NCBI GenBank assembly: GCA_040285825.1
Contig: JAUPSS010000003.1
Location: 3,100,001-3,164,000, forward strand
DNA length: 64,000 bases
Direction: 5' to 3'
DNA from: Eukaryota sp. TZLM1-RC
Lineage: Eukaryota > Protista > Metamonada: BaSk clade
The notes under the pieces are model-generated. The model was not told the origin of the DNA. It saw only the letters and a list, made by a program, of their open reading frames with translations, and ran no database searches. How positions within the stretch are numbered: the first letter of the stretch is position 1; the number at the start of each line of letters is the position of its first letter. A program made the position numbers and the translations under genes. Below, one piece after another: positions 11,500 through 25,270 of this stretch.

Positions 11500-14400
11500 T
11501 TAGAATCAACGATACGGTCATCAAAGGCATGATAGACACAGCTGCATTTTGTTCTGTCATTTCCATGTTCAATGTCCATAAATGAAAACGATATAACATA
11601 ATTCATCCCTGCTTGCAATGTATCAACGAATTCGCTTGGGAGTGCACAAGGCATTCTGACGTTCAATGTTGGCAGCATCGCGAACCAAGTATCAATAAAC
11701 CATACTCTCCCCATTATACCAGGTTCGAACAAATTTACAATTGGGGTAGACATGTTACAACAACTTGGGCTACTGACATCTGACCGTTTAGTTATTTTAC
11801 TAGACGAAGAGCGCCGCACCCTGCTAAATGCTGAAGCCATTTTTGATAACAGAATTAAAACTCACCAAATTGGCCACGTAGAATCAACTTCTTGCAGTAT
11901 AGAAGATTTTACTCAGCAATTAGATAGATCTGGATGTGAGATTAATTTAGCTGATAGTGAGTATAATAAGAGTTTGTTTGATATATTAGTTCAATACAAG
12001 GACGTATTCAGCGAAAAGCCCAATAAAGATGGAATCGATTGTCCACCTATGACGATTCCCTTCTACAATACTAATACAATTGTACACAAACCAGCTCGGG
12101 GCCTCAACCCAAAGAAATTACAAATAGCCAATCAGATTTTTGATGAATTGATTGAAATGGGCTATGCAATTGAATCGAACTACAAGTTCAGTTCCCCAAT
12201 AGTATTAGTGATATACCCTGATGATCGGAAACCTAGGTTGACGGGCGATTTCAGTGGTAAAGATGGAGTTAACGCTCATACAATTCCGGTCGAGTCTAAC
12301 TTACCATTAATTTCAGATGTTTTGGAATTTCTGAGTCAGGCCAACTTTATTGCCACTTTGGATTTCCCAAAAGCTTTTTGGCAAATGAAAGTAGCCGACG
12401 AAGATGTTGAAAAGACATCTATCTCTATTCCTGGCAACTCTATTACGTTTAAAAGGGCATGCTTCGGACTAAAGAATATCCCAGCGATTTTTCAAAATGT
12501 AATGATGGAAATTTTTCCAATAGAAGCAGTATTTATTTACATCGACGATATAATCATAATAGGATCAACCCTTCAAGAATTCTTTGACAGAATACAGAGG
12601 GTACTGCAATGCGCAAGGAGTAGAAGAGTCAACATTGGATTGAAAAAATGTAAATTCGTTACTGACAAACAACCAATTGACATTTTAGGCAGCACTTTCC
12701 AATTCAAACAACGAAAAATTAGCAAAAAACGAGTATATGGTTTAATAAACATACCTGCTCCAAAAACTATCAAGGAAGTACGGTCATTAGTTGGCTCAGT
12801 CAATTTCAAGAGATTGGTCCCAAATATTTCACAACTAATAGCACCCATAAATGAGCTAATTAAGCACAAACAACGTCGTGTAAATTGGGAAGCCAAACAC
12901 GATTATCTATTAGATCAAATAAAACAACTGATTATTAATCACATGCCTCTGGAATTACCTTCACCAGACAAACGCATTCTGATTAGCACCGATGCATCTG
13001 ACATCCCAGTAGGAGGAGTCATTTGGCAAGAAATCGCACCTTATGCACCCATTGGAACTGCATTAAAAGATAGGAAAGTAACACCAATTTCCTTTTATAG
13101 TAGGATTTTAACCGATACTCAAAAGCGTTGGTCTACTTTACAAAAAGAATTGTATGCGATACTATTAATACTAACAGAAAGTCATCTGGAAAGCTTTCTC
13201 ATTGCTAGACATCTGACTATTTTCACAGATCACCGGAATATTGCATTCCTCGCCACGGCTCCTGACAAGAACAGAATCGTCAAAAGATGGTTCCCTATCT
13301 TATCAGAATTTGACTTTGATATCTTACACGAAAAAGGAGAAGACAATCACTGGGCTGACATGATGTCAAGAAACATAGACACAAATTTAGAAAATCCGGA
13401 AATAAATCACATTAACTACACACATGATCCCTTTTGGCACGGTGAAATACCACCCCCTGATGACGACTCTGATTATGAAGATTCAGATCCAATCCACATT
13501 TTTGAATTAGCAAAGCACCCAGATTTGCCCATTTTTTCAAATTGGCTCTCAAAAGTTAGATCAGAGCAACAACTAGCCATAAGCAATAATGATCCATTAT
13601 TCAAAAACGCTACACTATGCAAAAACACAGAAATCTGGTTAAATAATAATAATAAAATGATAATCCCGACCAAACTAAGAAAAACGGCACTCAACCTAAT
13701 ACACGGTTTAACCCAATCAGGCCACCCTAGCAAAAACGAAAGTCTTCATAAACTTTCCAAAAGCGATTTCTACTGGCCAAACATGAGAAAAGATCTCATC
13801 AAACATATAGAACGTTGCCCTACTTGCCAAAAAACAGCACCAATAAAGCAATCAAAGACACCCTCAACTGGTTCCCTGTGGGCTAATCGCCCTTTCGCAA
13901 GATTAATCGTGAATACAATTGGACCACTCAATAAAGACAACAACGATAATAAATATCTACTAGTTTTCGTCGATTCATTTACAAGGTATACAATACTTGT
14001 ACCTTTAAAAGAACTTAATTTAGCAAATGCTTTGATATGGAACGTCCGCGCTATTTTTGACATACCTATTTCTATACCTAGCGACAATGGCCCTGAGTTC
14101 GCCAACGAAATATTTAATTTGCTTTGCCAAAGAATGTCAATTGAAATGTCTAAATCAATTCCTTACCATTCTGAAAGCAATGAATTGGTGGAAAGAAAAC
14201 ACCGAGATGTGATACAATGTATAAGGAAATTATTAATAGATTACAACGACTATGATTCATGGACCACATATGTACCTATAACTCAACTATAAATTAATTC
14301 AACCAAAAGTAGAATCACAAATCACACTCCATATGAACTGATGTTTGGGTCATCCATCAGCCCAAGATCAGATCCTGCTAACATCCTAGGAGGCATTTTC

Positions 14401-15021
14401 GATTTTGAATCCAATGTACCACTTTTGCAAGACCTCAAATTTAAGAATGAACGTCTTCAAAACAGATGGGAAGAAGCAGAGCATCACCAACTATTAAATA
14501 CACCCAGTCATACGAAAAACATAGATGAAATTACATTTAATATTGGTGACTATATTCTTCGAAAGACTAAACAACCTAATAAATTGCATGGATCTTGGTT
14601 AGGCCCATATCTGGTTTTAGAAACCCCTTCCAACTCCACCTTATTAATAAAGAACCTGACGACTGGTGAACAAACAAAGGTATCAAAAAGGGACTGTAAA
14701 ATTTACAACGCTGACGATCCTAACGATGTCGATCTACTTAGGGCCATCGCAGCCACAGATTCAGGTAAACATGTCATCGAAGAAATCCTTGACGAGTATA
14801 ATACTGCTCAAGGACCCTTCTGTACTGTAAGATGGTTTGGTGGAGATACTACCGAGGAACCACTCCATTCTATCAGATATTCAGAAGCGTATCAACGATT
14901 TAATAAGAAACCAAATAAAAGAAAACGTAAATCTATTAAATCCAACAACGCAGCTCGGGCTCTCCCCGTGCCTCAGCAAAAGCGTTATCCGCAAAGGAAG
15001 CGGAAGAACAACTGTAAATAA
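11500..15021 (+). pseudogene. Gypsy pol: aspartic protease, RT, RNase H, integrase with GPY motif and chromodomain-like tail (frameshifts/stops)
   Basis: MIDTAA; FGLKN; YIDD; TDASD; KELYAI; TDH; H..HPS...CPTC; DNGPEF; WLGPY; VIEEILD..VRWFG. Confidence 0.93.
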
Positions 15022-15049
15022 TTTTAATTAAGAAAACGGGAGAAGGTAG

Positions 15050-15170
15050 TGTAGGTATCTCACTAGTGAGTACCTAAGTATATAGAATAACATTAAATAA
15101 AATTATCTTTATCTTAACCCGCCTTAACTAACCCATACATACACAGCTAGTATAATGCCTAACGGCAACA
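15050..15170 (+). repeat. 3' LTR of the Gypsy element
   Basis: Direct repeat of 8285-8405, preceded by the polypurine tract. Confidence 0.95.
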
Positions 15171-15440
15171 TAATAATCATTTAATGTTCCAATATTCTCT
15201 GATTACGAAATTCTATGATTCCAAAATGGTTCTCATAGATACTCTTAGTGTTGCATTATGTTAGCAAAACTATTCATAACTTACAAGCAGGAAAGTAGAG
15301 AAAAGTAAAGGAGTCTGCATTTGAAACAAAGTAGAGTGGGGTACTGTTGAACGTAGAGCATTGACCTTTCACAGCAACATTGAACGGAAGATGGGAATAT
15401 ATAATTGTATTTATAAACCTATCACTATTTACACCTCAAG

Positions 15441-15565
15441 AAGCTTTAGAGAAGCTTTAGCTAGACAGCAAGCAGATCAAAATTTTGTAGAGAAAATCTT
15501 GGTTCAATGATTTTCGTCCCATTGATTATGAATTAATTTTATTAAGTGTACATATTCATCAAATA
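15441..15565 (+). mobile_element. Non-LTR family B 3'-terminal fragment
   Basis: gaagctttagctagacagcaagcagatc...ttcaatga...cgtcccatt. Confidence 0.8.
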
Positions 15566-16519
15566 TTTATAATCTTGAGAATATGCTCAAAATGTTGAGA
15601 AATTATATTAATTGAGAGTTGTTTCAACCATAGCCTTCGATTACGATGAAGCAGCTGTTGAGATGGTCCGATAGAGTGAAATGAATTGATTAAAACAGTT
15701 TTTTAGAAAATGAAAGTATTAATGTGAAATTGTTACGTTATATATATAGCAGATACGTTATTTCCTTGCATTTCTCCATTTGTATTTTCCTTGCGTGGCT
15801 GTTTTGGACCTATTGCGTTTTCATTCTTAGATGACGTTGTTGAAATTGTGAAATACTGTACTGGTAGAGATTTCGATAAGGATTCTGACAGAAAACAATT
15901 GTTTCTCAATATTTAGGGGTTATGTGTATTGTGTCCTTATTATCTCCTGCTTTATTATTTTTAGGACGTTGATATGAGAAAAGCTTGCAATCAATTGATT
16001 GTGACTGTATTGGGATATGAAGATAAAGAGTTTTAAGTTTATTGTATAGTTTATTCAAATAGGTTGAGAGAACAACAAATAAACCAAGTAAACAATAGTT
16101 TTATGGCTGAAGCGCATAGCATTGACAAAGTCACAAATTGAAAAATTGAACTGTAACTGAATTGTTTTGCCAATTCACCGTTTGTTACAAGAATGCATCT
16201 GTTGCACTTCCAATAATTAAATGTTGCAATGCTGGGATATATAAAATACGTTTTAATGAAAAAGAAACAATTTTTCCTATCAACAATCAACGAAATACTG
16301 AGCTTCCAACACTTTTAAGCCACCACCCATGGTGTGTTTCTATCATTCTACTCCATTAGACAACTATAAACGAGATTGTATCAACTCTTACAATGATAAA
16401 CATTTTGTTATGTCTTTTTATTCAACGTAAATTCAATGTATATTCAAGAAAATCTAAAATTTCTAGCTTATGTCAAATATATTTTAAAAATAGTCAACAT
16501 TTGAGTAAAATAAATCAAT

Positions 16520-17860
16520 TGTTTCTCTAGCAGAAAAGATGCGGTACGAGGAATTGAGATCTTGAAAGACTAATTCCTTACAAATGGTTTTCATCTAGAC
16601 TTTGGAATAAATCATCTTTCCATTAATGAAAAACAGCTATTAGCAACTATGCATTGTGCTCAAACTTCAAAAGGAAATGATTCAACCATGAAATCTAAAA
16701 TGGACAATAGCAATTCAAGACTCTGATATTTCATACTTTGTCATCTATGTCTACTATTTAAAAATTGTTCCATTGGTGATTTTGACTCACAATCAGAACT
16801 GTTTTATTTCTTGATTCATCAGTTTTTTAAGATAAGAATTAGATCAGGTCTTTCCTCAGTCGCAAACCAAAGGAAAAGTTACATAATGAGTTGTGTGATA
16901 AGGTAAATCGCAGTAAACATCTTAATTATTTAGGAAAGGAAGTAAGAGGTTGACAAAATTATTTAAAATTGAATCATGTCCCTATTTGGGCATATTTGTA
17001 TATTTGGAACATTTGATAACTTGGACAACTGCATAAAAAGTGACACAACGCAACAGGTCCAGGTTGAAATGAAGAACACATAGGAGGCAATAATTTAGAT
17101 CCATGAGGCATTTTCCAACAATTTTGCATCGATAAAGGTAATCAGCAGTAGGAAATACATTCAAGGAAGAACTTAATTACAAACTTAATGATTTAAGGAG
17201 TCAGATCAATCAACATATACAGCCAATGATGATCAGCGTTCATATTTTCCGAGTTTAATATAATATGAAATTGTTAATTGAAGAATGTACTTTACACCCC
17301 CCATGAAGTTGTCGGTTCTGCTTCAAAGTTCATCAGTTTCAAAATATGGAAATAATTTTCTTACGAATTTGGGTATTTGTCAATCAATTTATTCCTTTAA
17401 TTGATAAGGATTATCTCTCTAACTTTTGTATTGGATTAAATTTTCGTTTCCACATAGATATTCTTTGTTTCATTTTTTCAAATGAATTTCTCATGTCAGG
17501 ATCAAAAGAATTATGAAACATGTAGTATTTCTGAATTTGACATTCTTGATACAATGAGATAAGACCGGGAACACAAAGACCACCCTTACATTTGGGTAAT
17601 TACAGATCATCCACATAAAATAAGGTTCTAGTCACACCTAGTCATGATTTCAACGTTCTACTTAACAGCGTGGTAATAGTAGTTTCGTCAAAATTGATTG
17701 GTAATTCACATACTTGCAAATACCAACGTAAAAGATGTGGCAAACATCATTCAACTATTTTGGCCTTCTGAGTGGGTAGTATTGCTTGATTCTGGAGAAG
17801 TGGTATCATATCTTCACTCCTTGACAAAACATAATTGGAAATACCAAGGGCATTAGAAGC
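16520..17860 (-). mobile_element. Degraded RLE non-LTR retrotransposon, third family (C); essentially absent from the ORF track
   Basis: Manual minus-strand translation across frameshifts: LPKCKGGL (RT thumb), CLLC...HFLCSC, RHD-like, RPDLILI...ESKSP...KY, PFEV.A, SYRIF. Confidence 0.7.
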
Positions 17861-18153
17861 ATCTGTTGGGTTTTGGTTACCTGAAACCCGGAAACGCTTC
17901 TCTTTGTTTATCAACGAAGGAAGTTCGACTTCATTAATTTTTAAAAACGGAATAGTTATTGTAAATTTTTGGTCAATTTTTGAATAACAACGGGCACCAA
18001 GTTTTTCAACAGCTGCAACTAAACAAAGAGTGTATTCGAAACCAGAAAATTATGTTTGGGAGAGAAGATGCCTGATCTTGAAGAGTAATATCAACATTCC
18101 TTTGTATCTTTGGAGCTACTTCAGATCTTTGACTACTTTTCACATGCAAAACC

Positions 18154-19044
18154 ATGATCTTAACAACTGTGCTACAAGCTGACACTTTTGCAACTCCTGT
18201 ATGTGACATTTGTGTCTCGTCAGATGACGCATACGCTGTTGTGGGATCCGGTTCTACTGCGAAAATTCTTAATATTGATTTGTCAACTCCTGTAACAGCA
18301 CTGTCACATCCATCTAGTGTGTCGTCTATTTCACTCAGTCGTGACAATACAAGACTTTGCTCATCTTCCTCTCGCTTCTGCCATTACTACGATGTCACTA
18401 CCGCATCAGAGCTACGTCGCCTTTCATCCTCAATGTCACGCCTCTCTTGCTCCCGTTTCTTCTCTCATCGTTCTCTCTTGGTGTCTGGTGACGTAGCTGG
18501 TGGTGTATACCTTTATGACCCACGTAGACACGCTTCTACACCAATTCAAACCTTCTCTGTTTCTGATTCTGTCAGTGCCATTTCTTCCCATCAGTTCGGA
18601 CACTCCACCTTCCTGTGTGGTGCTAGTAATGGGGACGCTTATCTCTATGATTTGAGAAATTGTGCAGTTAAAAAAGATGAATTAGGTGCAAAGTTGCTGA
18701 ATGTCAGTCAGTCACCATGTTTTTACTATTACAGTTTTATAAGTAATAAGTCGGTAGGAATTGTTGACTGTCTCGATGGAAGTTGCCTGAAATTGATTGA
18801 GGTCGATAACTCAAAAATCAATCAACGATTGGGATTGTCAATCATTCGAAATGGTGATTGTCTAGTCTATTCTGACCGCTCTGGAAAAGTCTTCATTTAT
18901 GACCTGTTAATTGATGACGTGATTGATTGTGTTGATGTGGAGAATGGTCCTGTCAGTGCAATTTCCTTGTGTAATAGTAATAGTAATGAGTTTATTCTAG
19001 TTGGTAGTTTTTCAGGCAGTGTTTACCAATGTGATTTGAGATAA
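18154..19044 (+). CDS. WD40-repeat protein, WDR83/MORG1-like
   Basis: WD repeats. YDPRRHASTPIQTF..DSVSAI and GASNGDAYLYDLR resemble WDR83. Confidence 0.7.
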   Translation: MILTTVLQADTFATPVCDICVSSDDAYAVVGSGSTAKILNIDLSTPVTALSHPSSVSSISLSRDNTRLCSSSSRFCHYYDVTTASELRRLSSSMSRLSCSRFFSHRSLLVSGDVAGGVYLYDPRRHASTPIQTFSVSDSVSAISSHQFGHSTFLCGASNGDAYLYDLRNCAVKKDELGAKLLNVSQSPCFYYYSFISNKSVGIVDCLDGSCLKLIEVDNSKINQRLGLSIIRNGDCLVYSDRSGKVFIYDLLIDDVIDCVDVENGPVSAISLCNSNSNEFILVGSFSGSVYQCDLR

Positions 19045-19535
19045 AGTTATTAAAATTTGTGTTGGGTTCCACTGCAAAGACCAAAGGAAGAGCTTTATGA
19101 ATTAACAAAAACTAAATTTAAATTATAGCCACGTCATCACACGTGATTTGGTGTTATCCAACATCTAACATTTGTGTTTAACAACGATGCAGTTGGCAAT
19201 TTTGATCACTAAACCCCGAACACTGACAATTCTTCTTCGATCTTGTTTTTAGGAAGCAACTGTTGGAAATTAAGTTTGGTTAATTTTCGTACCAACTTTG
19301 TCAATGAAACATGCAAAACTGGTTTAAATTGCATTGTGACAGTACCAATCAGATTCCATTTGTGGTCCTATAAGAGTTCAGAATGTCAGCTCTCCTTCAA
19401 TTCTAATAATGAACATGTCTTTCATGAGAAGTACATAATGACCCTTCAAGGAAATAAAACACAACTACAATCACATTTTTGGAATAAAAAATGGAAGAAT
19501 GAATTTTACTAAATATTAAAATGAAATTTGAAATG

Positions 19536-20320
19536 TCAGCGTCTTTTTTGATTTTTTAAAAATTCTGCAAATTGTTTTGCTTTTGCGTCATATTCTAGTT
19601 CCTTCTTCTTAATAGATTGCAGAATTTGTTCATTCACTTCTTGTTTGTGTTTCCTCGATTCATGTTGATTTTTCAACGTTCTAAATTTCAAAATGCATTC
19701 GGGAACTATAGAAAGGTCGTTGATCTTTTTGGTTCTATATAGATCAGCGAACCCTTCCCAACCCTGTGTAGACAATGTTATAGTTGGATGCATTGGCTAA
19801 AGGGCTAATACTGAAATGTACCTTGCTTCCTGTGATCAATATTGAGCGAAATTCAGCTCATGTTCGTCTTTTGTGATATCTGGATCAAGACAAATAAAAT
19901 ATCTGTCTTTTCCCAAATACTTTAAGAGAAGGGCATCTGTCAGCTTATCATTCTACTTGCGCTGATTTTGTGATGTTTTTGCAGAAAGAAGCAAGCTGTC
20001 GGTATTGTATACCTTCCTATTCCATGAAGTGGCTTCAGAAAGTAAATGAAGTGAAAGTAGAAGAAGAAAGTCTTTGATTGTAATATCTTGGCTGTAAAAG
20101 AAGGGAAGTGTATCTTCAAAGAAAAATTTGTGAGATCGATCCTTAGAAAAGAGAATATGACAGATTGACAAATGTCTTCAAGTACCCGTCAATGGAGGTC
20201 CAAAAACAAGTCATAGGCTGAGCCGATGCCATAGAAAAGTAATCAGTTGTTTTGGCCTCAGAGCAGTTTCGTCATCACGTCTTTTTTTAATTGGTGTTTC
20301 AGGAAAAAAGTATCCATAAA
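19536..20320 (-). CDS. Possible intron-containing hypothetical gene (coiled-coil C-terminus)
   Basis: Adjacent short minus-strand ORFs separated by candidate short GT..AG introns. A complete gene model could not be resolved. Confidence 0.3.
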
Positions 20321-20349
20321 GACAGGACAAGAGGAAAAAGAAAAACTAT

Positions 20350-22470
20350 ATTTCATGATATTTGAAATATATATTTAGTTGTTTTGAAAATTTATCCTCC
20401 ATTTGAATTATTAGCTGCACTTTTGATTGCTTTAGTAAAGCCAGGTAATGGAATTATCCCTGATGGTATAAGCCCCATAGTTGTTGGTGAATCTTTATCT
20501 CGTTTGTTCGCATCGTTAGTTATTGATCGTGTCATAGACAAAGCTTCTAAATTTATAAATCCTCATCAATTTCAAATAAAAACAGTTAAATATGTTTGTG
20601 CTGCTGCTCTTGTTTTTGATACTTTTTTTAGATTAGAAATTAATAATTTTATTTTTAATCTCGACTTCAAAAACAACACGAAAATCAATTTTTGAAGTAA
20701 ATAATTTTGATTTTCTGGAGCTGTCCAGTTTTCTATCACATATATGGTAAAGAATCAGATTTAATATTTAATTAACTCGAATTAAAATCATCTTCTGGTG
20801 TAAAAAAGGTGATTCTTTGTGCCCATCATTGTTTTGTTTAGCTATTCACAAACTTTTAAATATCATTAAGCAAAAATATTCTTCCCCAAAAAAAGTTATA
20901 TGGATTATATATCCTTGATTGGTTCATTTAATTTGCTGCATTTGGTTGCTCAAGAAATTGCCGATTCATATGAACATATTGGGCTTCATCTTAATGCGAG
21001 CAAATACCTTCTGATTGGTTCTTCTGCTTAGGATCTTGTGATAAACGATTGTGTTGTCCCTTTTGCTCACTATCGTATTGATCTTTTAAGTTTCTTGTTT
21101 GTTGGTTAGGAAATGTGCCTCAAATTCAGAATGTTTTACAAGTTATTTTGGAGAAAATGAAAATTGAACTCGATTCAATTTCTTCCTTAAATTTTGAAAA
21201 AACATGTTAAGTTTTGTTTGTTTAAAAGTTGCTATACTGGGAGCATAATCTCACATTTTGACATCTTGTGCTCCCTCCATGGCATTATATTTTTGTCGTT
21301 CCTTTGATTCATTGAGAACAGAATTTTTTGCTGATTTATTGGATGTAGCAACTGGAATGTTGAAAAATCACTTATTTTCTGCAGCAAATTTGGGTGGTAT
21401 TGAAGATTCTCATTTGGTAGTTCCCAGTTGTAGTCCATATTTGAATGAGTTATCTTGTGAGCTCGATAGATTGCCACCACAAATTTGGACCAAATGTTTT
21501 CCCAAATCAATTCAAGAAATTTTAAACCGATCTCTTTTTAATTTGCAGTTTTGCTGTAAAAAGCTTTGAAAAAAATTGTCAGAGATTTTTGAAAGCATGA
21601 ATTTTGATGTTAGATTTGGCTTGACCAAGAAAAAGTATCCCGCTTTTGCAAATCTTTTGCAAGATATGTGTGATGTGTGATAGTACATCTTTTACTTCAG
21701 TAACAACCATTCCTCATGTTTATGGCAATCTCTTAACTGATTATGCTTAGACTTTGAATACGAGATTTCGTTCCTTTATCTGGCCTGATAATTTACCTCA
21801 TTATTTAATTTGTAAATGTTGTCGAATAATTACAATTACTCATTTGGTAAATTGTAAACATTTTATTACTTTTAGAAGCAAGGTTCGGGATTCTATAAGA
21901 GACCAATTATATTGTAAGTGTAAGTCTCATAGAATTGAATTCTTTTGGAACTTTTGCTGTCAAATTTGTTTGATAATGAAGATGATTTTCATAAAAAAAT
22001 AGAAGTGCTATTTGTCATTATTTGGACTGGATGGAACCTTCATTTTGTTGGACGTAATGTCTGTTGATCAAGTGTTGAGCCTGAAATGAAAGGCTTGCTA
22101 ATTCTGAGATTCATAATCCTCTTTCAAATGCTGAAAATCTCAAAATCAAAAAATGAACCTTTGTCCAAATTGTCCAGCCAACAGCAAGCAAAATACAATT
22201 TGGATGCATTTGTATTTTGTCTTTTTGGTGCACTTGCTCTTACGGCTATACGCTTTTTGGCAGATTTTGAAATGATTGTAAAGAGAAGAACTAACAGAAA
22301 TTTCAACAAATTGTTTTGGCAAAATAGAATTGCGTTTTCTATTTTTAAGGGGATGTTGAAGATGGTTTCTGATGCTTTGCTTTCTCTTGAATCTCACTAT
22401 GAGAGTGTTGCATCTAGTTGTTTTATTGTGGGAGAGATGGATTTTTTACATGTTGATTTATAAGTTTTCT
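20350..22470 (+). mobile_element. Non-LTR family A (CRE-like RT + RLE), decayed
   Basis: PIVVGESLSRLF; LDFKN; GVK.GD; YMD; CKC...HLVNC; WQNRIAFSIFK. Confidence 0.88.
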
Positions 22471-22999
22471 AATCAGTAAAAATATTTCCAAAAATAAATT
22501 TCATGAAGTGATATTCAGCTTAAGAAATTCACATAAAAATTCATTAAATTCACTTGAGATTGGTGGCCAATTATTCGAGGATTCTAGAACTTCTGTGGAC
22601 GATCTCACCAAAGATGGAAGTTCTTGGAATAAGTTTGAATGATGCTTGAAGAAATTTTGCATTTCAAATGAAAACCACAGATTAAAGATAATCAAATTAC
22701 TTGACAAATCAGGACAATTTGTAACAACATGCCTTTGTTGGAAAGCGGCATAATAAACATCATCACACTAAAATGACAGCTATGTCCACTAATAATCTTC
22801 ATTCTTTTATATCAACCATTTTAGTTTCTTTGTGTTCTCTGTTTCCATTTCATCAGAGCAAATCAACTCAACCTCAATAAAATAGATTATAAATCATTGT
22901 TTGGTTGTATTTGTGTGGTTTAAATCAGCGGTAGAGTGAAATTCAAAATTCTTTGTTTCCACACCAAATAGATAGAACTGTATTGAGTTAGAATTGTTT

Positions 23000-25270
23000 T
23001 TTTAAACTGTATTTTTATTGAGAAAAAAAATTTATCTAGTATGCAATATCCTCCAAACAAACGTCACTATTACTAAACCTACTCACAGCATTTCGTTCAT
23101 ATTCTAAACCAATAGCTAAAAGAGCCTTAGAAATCACTGTTGGAATAGACTTAAAAATGCAAAAAACAATTTTATTTAACCAGAAGGTGGAATTTATTGT
23201 TTTACCAGACCTACTCAGTAACACTTTTTTGAAGTCGTCAAAAAAGTGCAACCCTGAAGGTCCAATATAGCCAAAAAGAGAAATTGCAAATGACACAAAC
23301 TGATATTTCACATGTTCCACTCTACTTCTGGAAACAGAGCTACTAAAATTGATTCAAAGACTGAAAAAAAATTCTCATTGATCATTACCTTTTATTGAAC
23401 AAGGAAAAGTATCATGTGCCATACAACTAAAAATCTGCATCCTCAAACTATGACCCTTGTTTAACAACAGAACAAGCGTTAATAGCAAAAAAGATATTGT
23501 ACTTGATTTTCCAACTTTTTTCCAACTTTTCATAAAAGAAGGCTGTATTTGTTCGAATTCGATATTCAACTTGCAGAAAAACTTTTTTGAAATTTTCAAA
23601 AAAGTGTAACCATGAAGGTCCAATATTGCCAAAAAGAGAAATAGCAAACGGCACAAACTGATATTTCACAGGTTCGACTCTATCTAATTCTACCAATGGT
23701 TCTTCATATTGTTTTAGTTTCTCTTTTTCGACGTAAAATAGCGGTGAATCAGCGGACTACACCAAACGAGCAGCAGAATTTTTGCAGACATCTACTGAGA
23801 CAACAGCCACAACATTGAGAACACCATCGATCCCTGAAGCTACTGAATCTGCCCTTTGTTTACCAAAGGAATCTTCAGTTTGATCTGGAAACAGCTTACG
23901 TACTGATAGTTCAACAGATGCTTCTATATTGAAATTTTTGCACATGGCATCTCTATTAGTTTATTGAATTTGCACACTTGATTAAATTAAATCATAACTA
24001 ATGGGACGACTATCATTAAACCAAGATTTCCTCTACAAAATCTTGATTTGCTTGCTGTCTAGCTAAAGCTTCTCTAATTCGATTGAAAAACCGCGGTAAT
24101 CTATTAATAATGGCAAATTGAATCCGTGAACGCCATAAAAAAATATCAAATCTTTTCATTGTTTTTTCTTTCACCATTTTTTGGAAGTCATCCAAAAAAG
24201 TTTCTGCTTCAACTGATAATCTTCCATTTATCGAAAATGGAAAAGCAATAAAAACCAGCTATATGCACATGGCATATAATTGATCACGAACTGAGTCATG
24301 AACAATTGAGCGATAAGTTATAAAATACTTACAGTTTAAAATATGGGAAAGCGTAACAACACTCATGCAGCGACAAATGAAATCATTTGGTAAAGAACAA
24401 GGCCATAGAAAACATCTCATTCTCATTGCAGTGGTCCATTGGTGATCATTAAGTAGAAGGCCATAAATGTTGGGAATTTGGAAGATTATGCAACTTGAGC
24501 AACTGTCTTCAAGATCAATCAAAAAGTTTGTAAAAACGGGATTTTTTTAGCCAAGCTAGGACGTACAATATAATACAAGTTTTCTAAAACTTTCAAGATT
24601 TTTTTCTGCAATATTGCAAAAGTCAGTGGTAAGGAGAGCAAGCTTTTTGGAGGAAGTTCCACAATATCAGAGGGTAAACATTTAGACCATATTATTGGGT
24701 GAAAGAGTTTCAATTTCCAGTTGCAAAAAAATAAGATAAGAGCTGCCACAATTTTCAATGAGATCAATTTTTCTGGAAAGCAATTCATTCATAAATAAAT
24801 TTCTTACCACCTCCAATAAAGGCAGCTTTACAAAGGTAGCTCGATTTATGAAAATCAAAACCACCGAAATTTGTACCATAAAAAATGTGGCTTCGTAACA
24901 GAAATGCATCAATTTCCAATAATTTTTGCTAAAAAATTGGTTCTTTGTTTATTGAAAATTGGACAAAATTCCAAAGAAATTGATGGTGATGTTGATCTCA
25001 AAAATGAGTAAATTTTCCAGAATAACAAATTTTTAGGAAAAAGACATTTAAATGTTTTTCAATATTTATATTTTCTATTGATTCTAATTTATTTCCAAAT
25101 TGAGTCAACAGAATCGAAAGTTGGCCTTTGACATCTTCAATATTTCCGAGATAACAACCCAAAAAACCAAAACGAGATTGATCATAATTGATAAAGGGAA
25201 CATTGACACCATTAATGAAAAAATCAATTGCTTCATGGCCAATAATCAAACATTTGGAGATATTTAAAAA
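23000..25270 (-). mobile_element. Composite of family A non-LTR fragments with a nested family B insertion
   Basis: FLGCYLGN; KICYSGKFTH; CRC..HILNC; HDSVRD; RAD; WLNKIVF. Confidence 0.85.
23951..24263 (-). mobile_element. 5'-truncated family B insertion with a 12-bp target-site duplication
   Basis: tgcacatggcat at 23939-23950 and 24264-24275 flanks the family B 3' end. Confidence 0.88.

Larger units (their letters stand above)
8285..15170 (+). mobile_element. Full-length Ty3/Gypsy LTR retrotransposon (chromodomain-type integrase), ORFs disrupted
   Basis: 121-bp TG..CA LTRs with 1 mismatch; 4-bp TSD taat (8281-8284 and 15171-15174); polypurine tract 15030-15049; domain order PR-RT-RH-IN. 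Confidence 0.95.
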
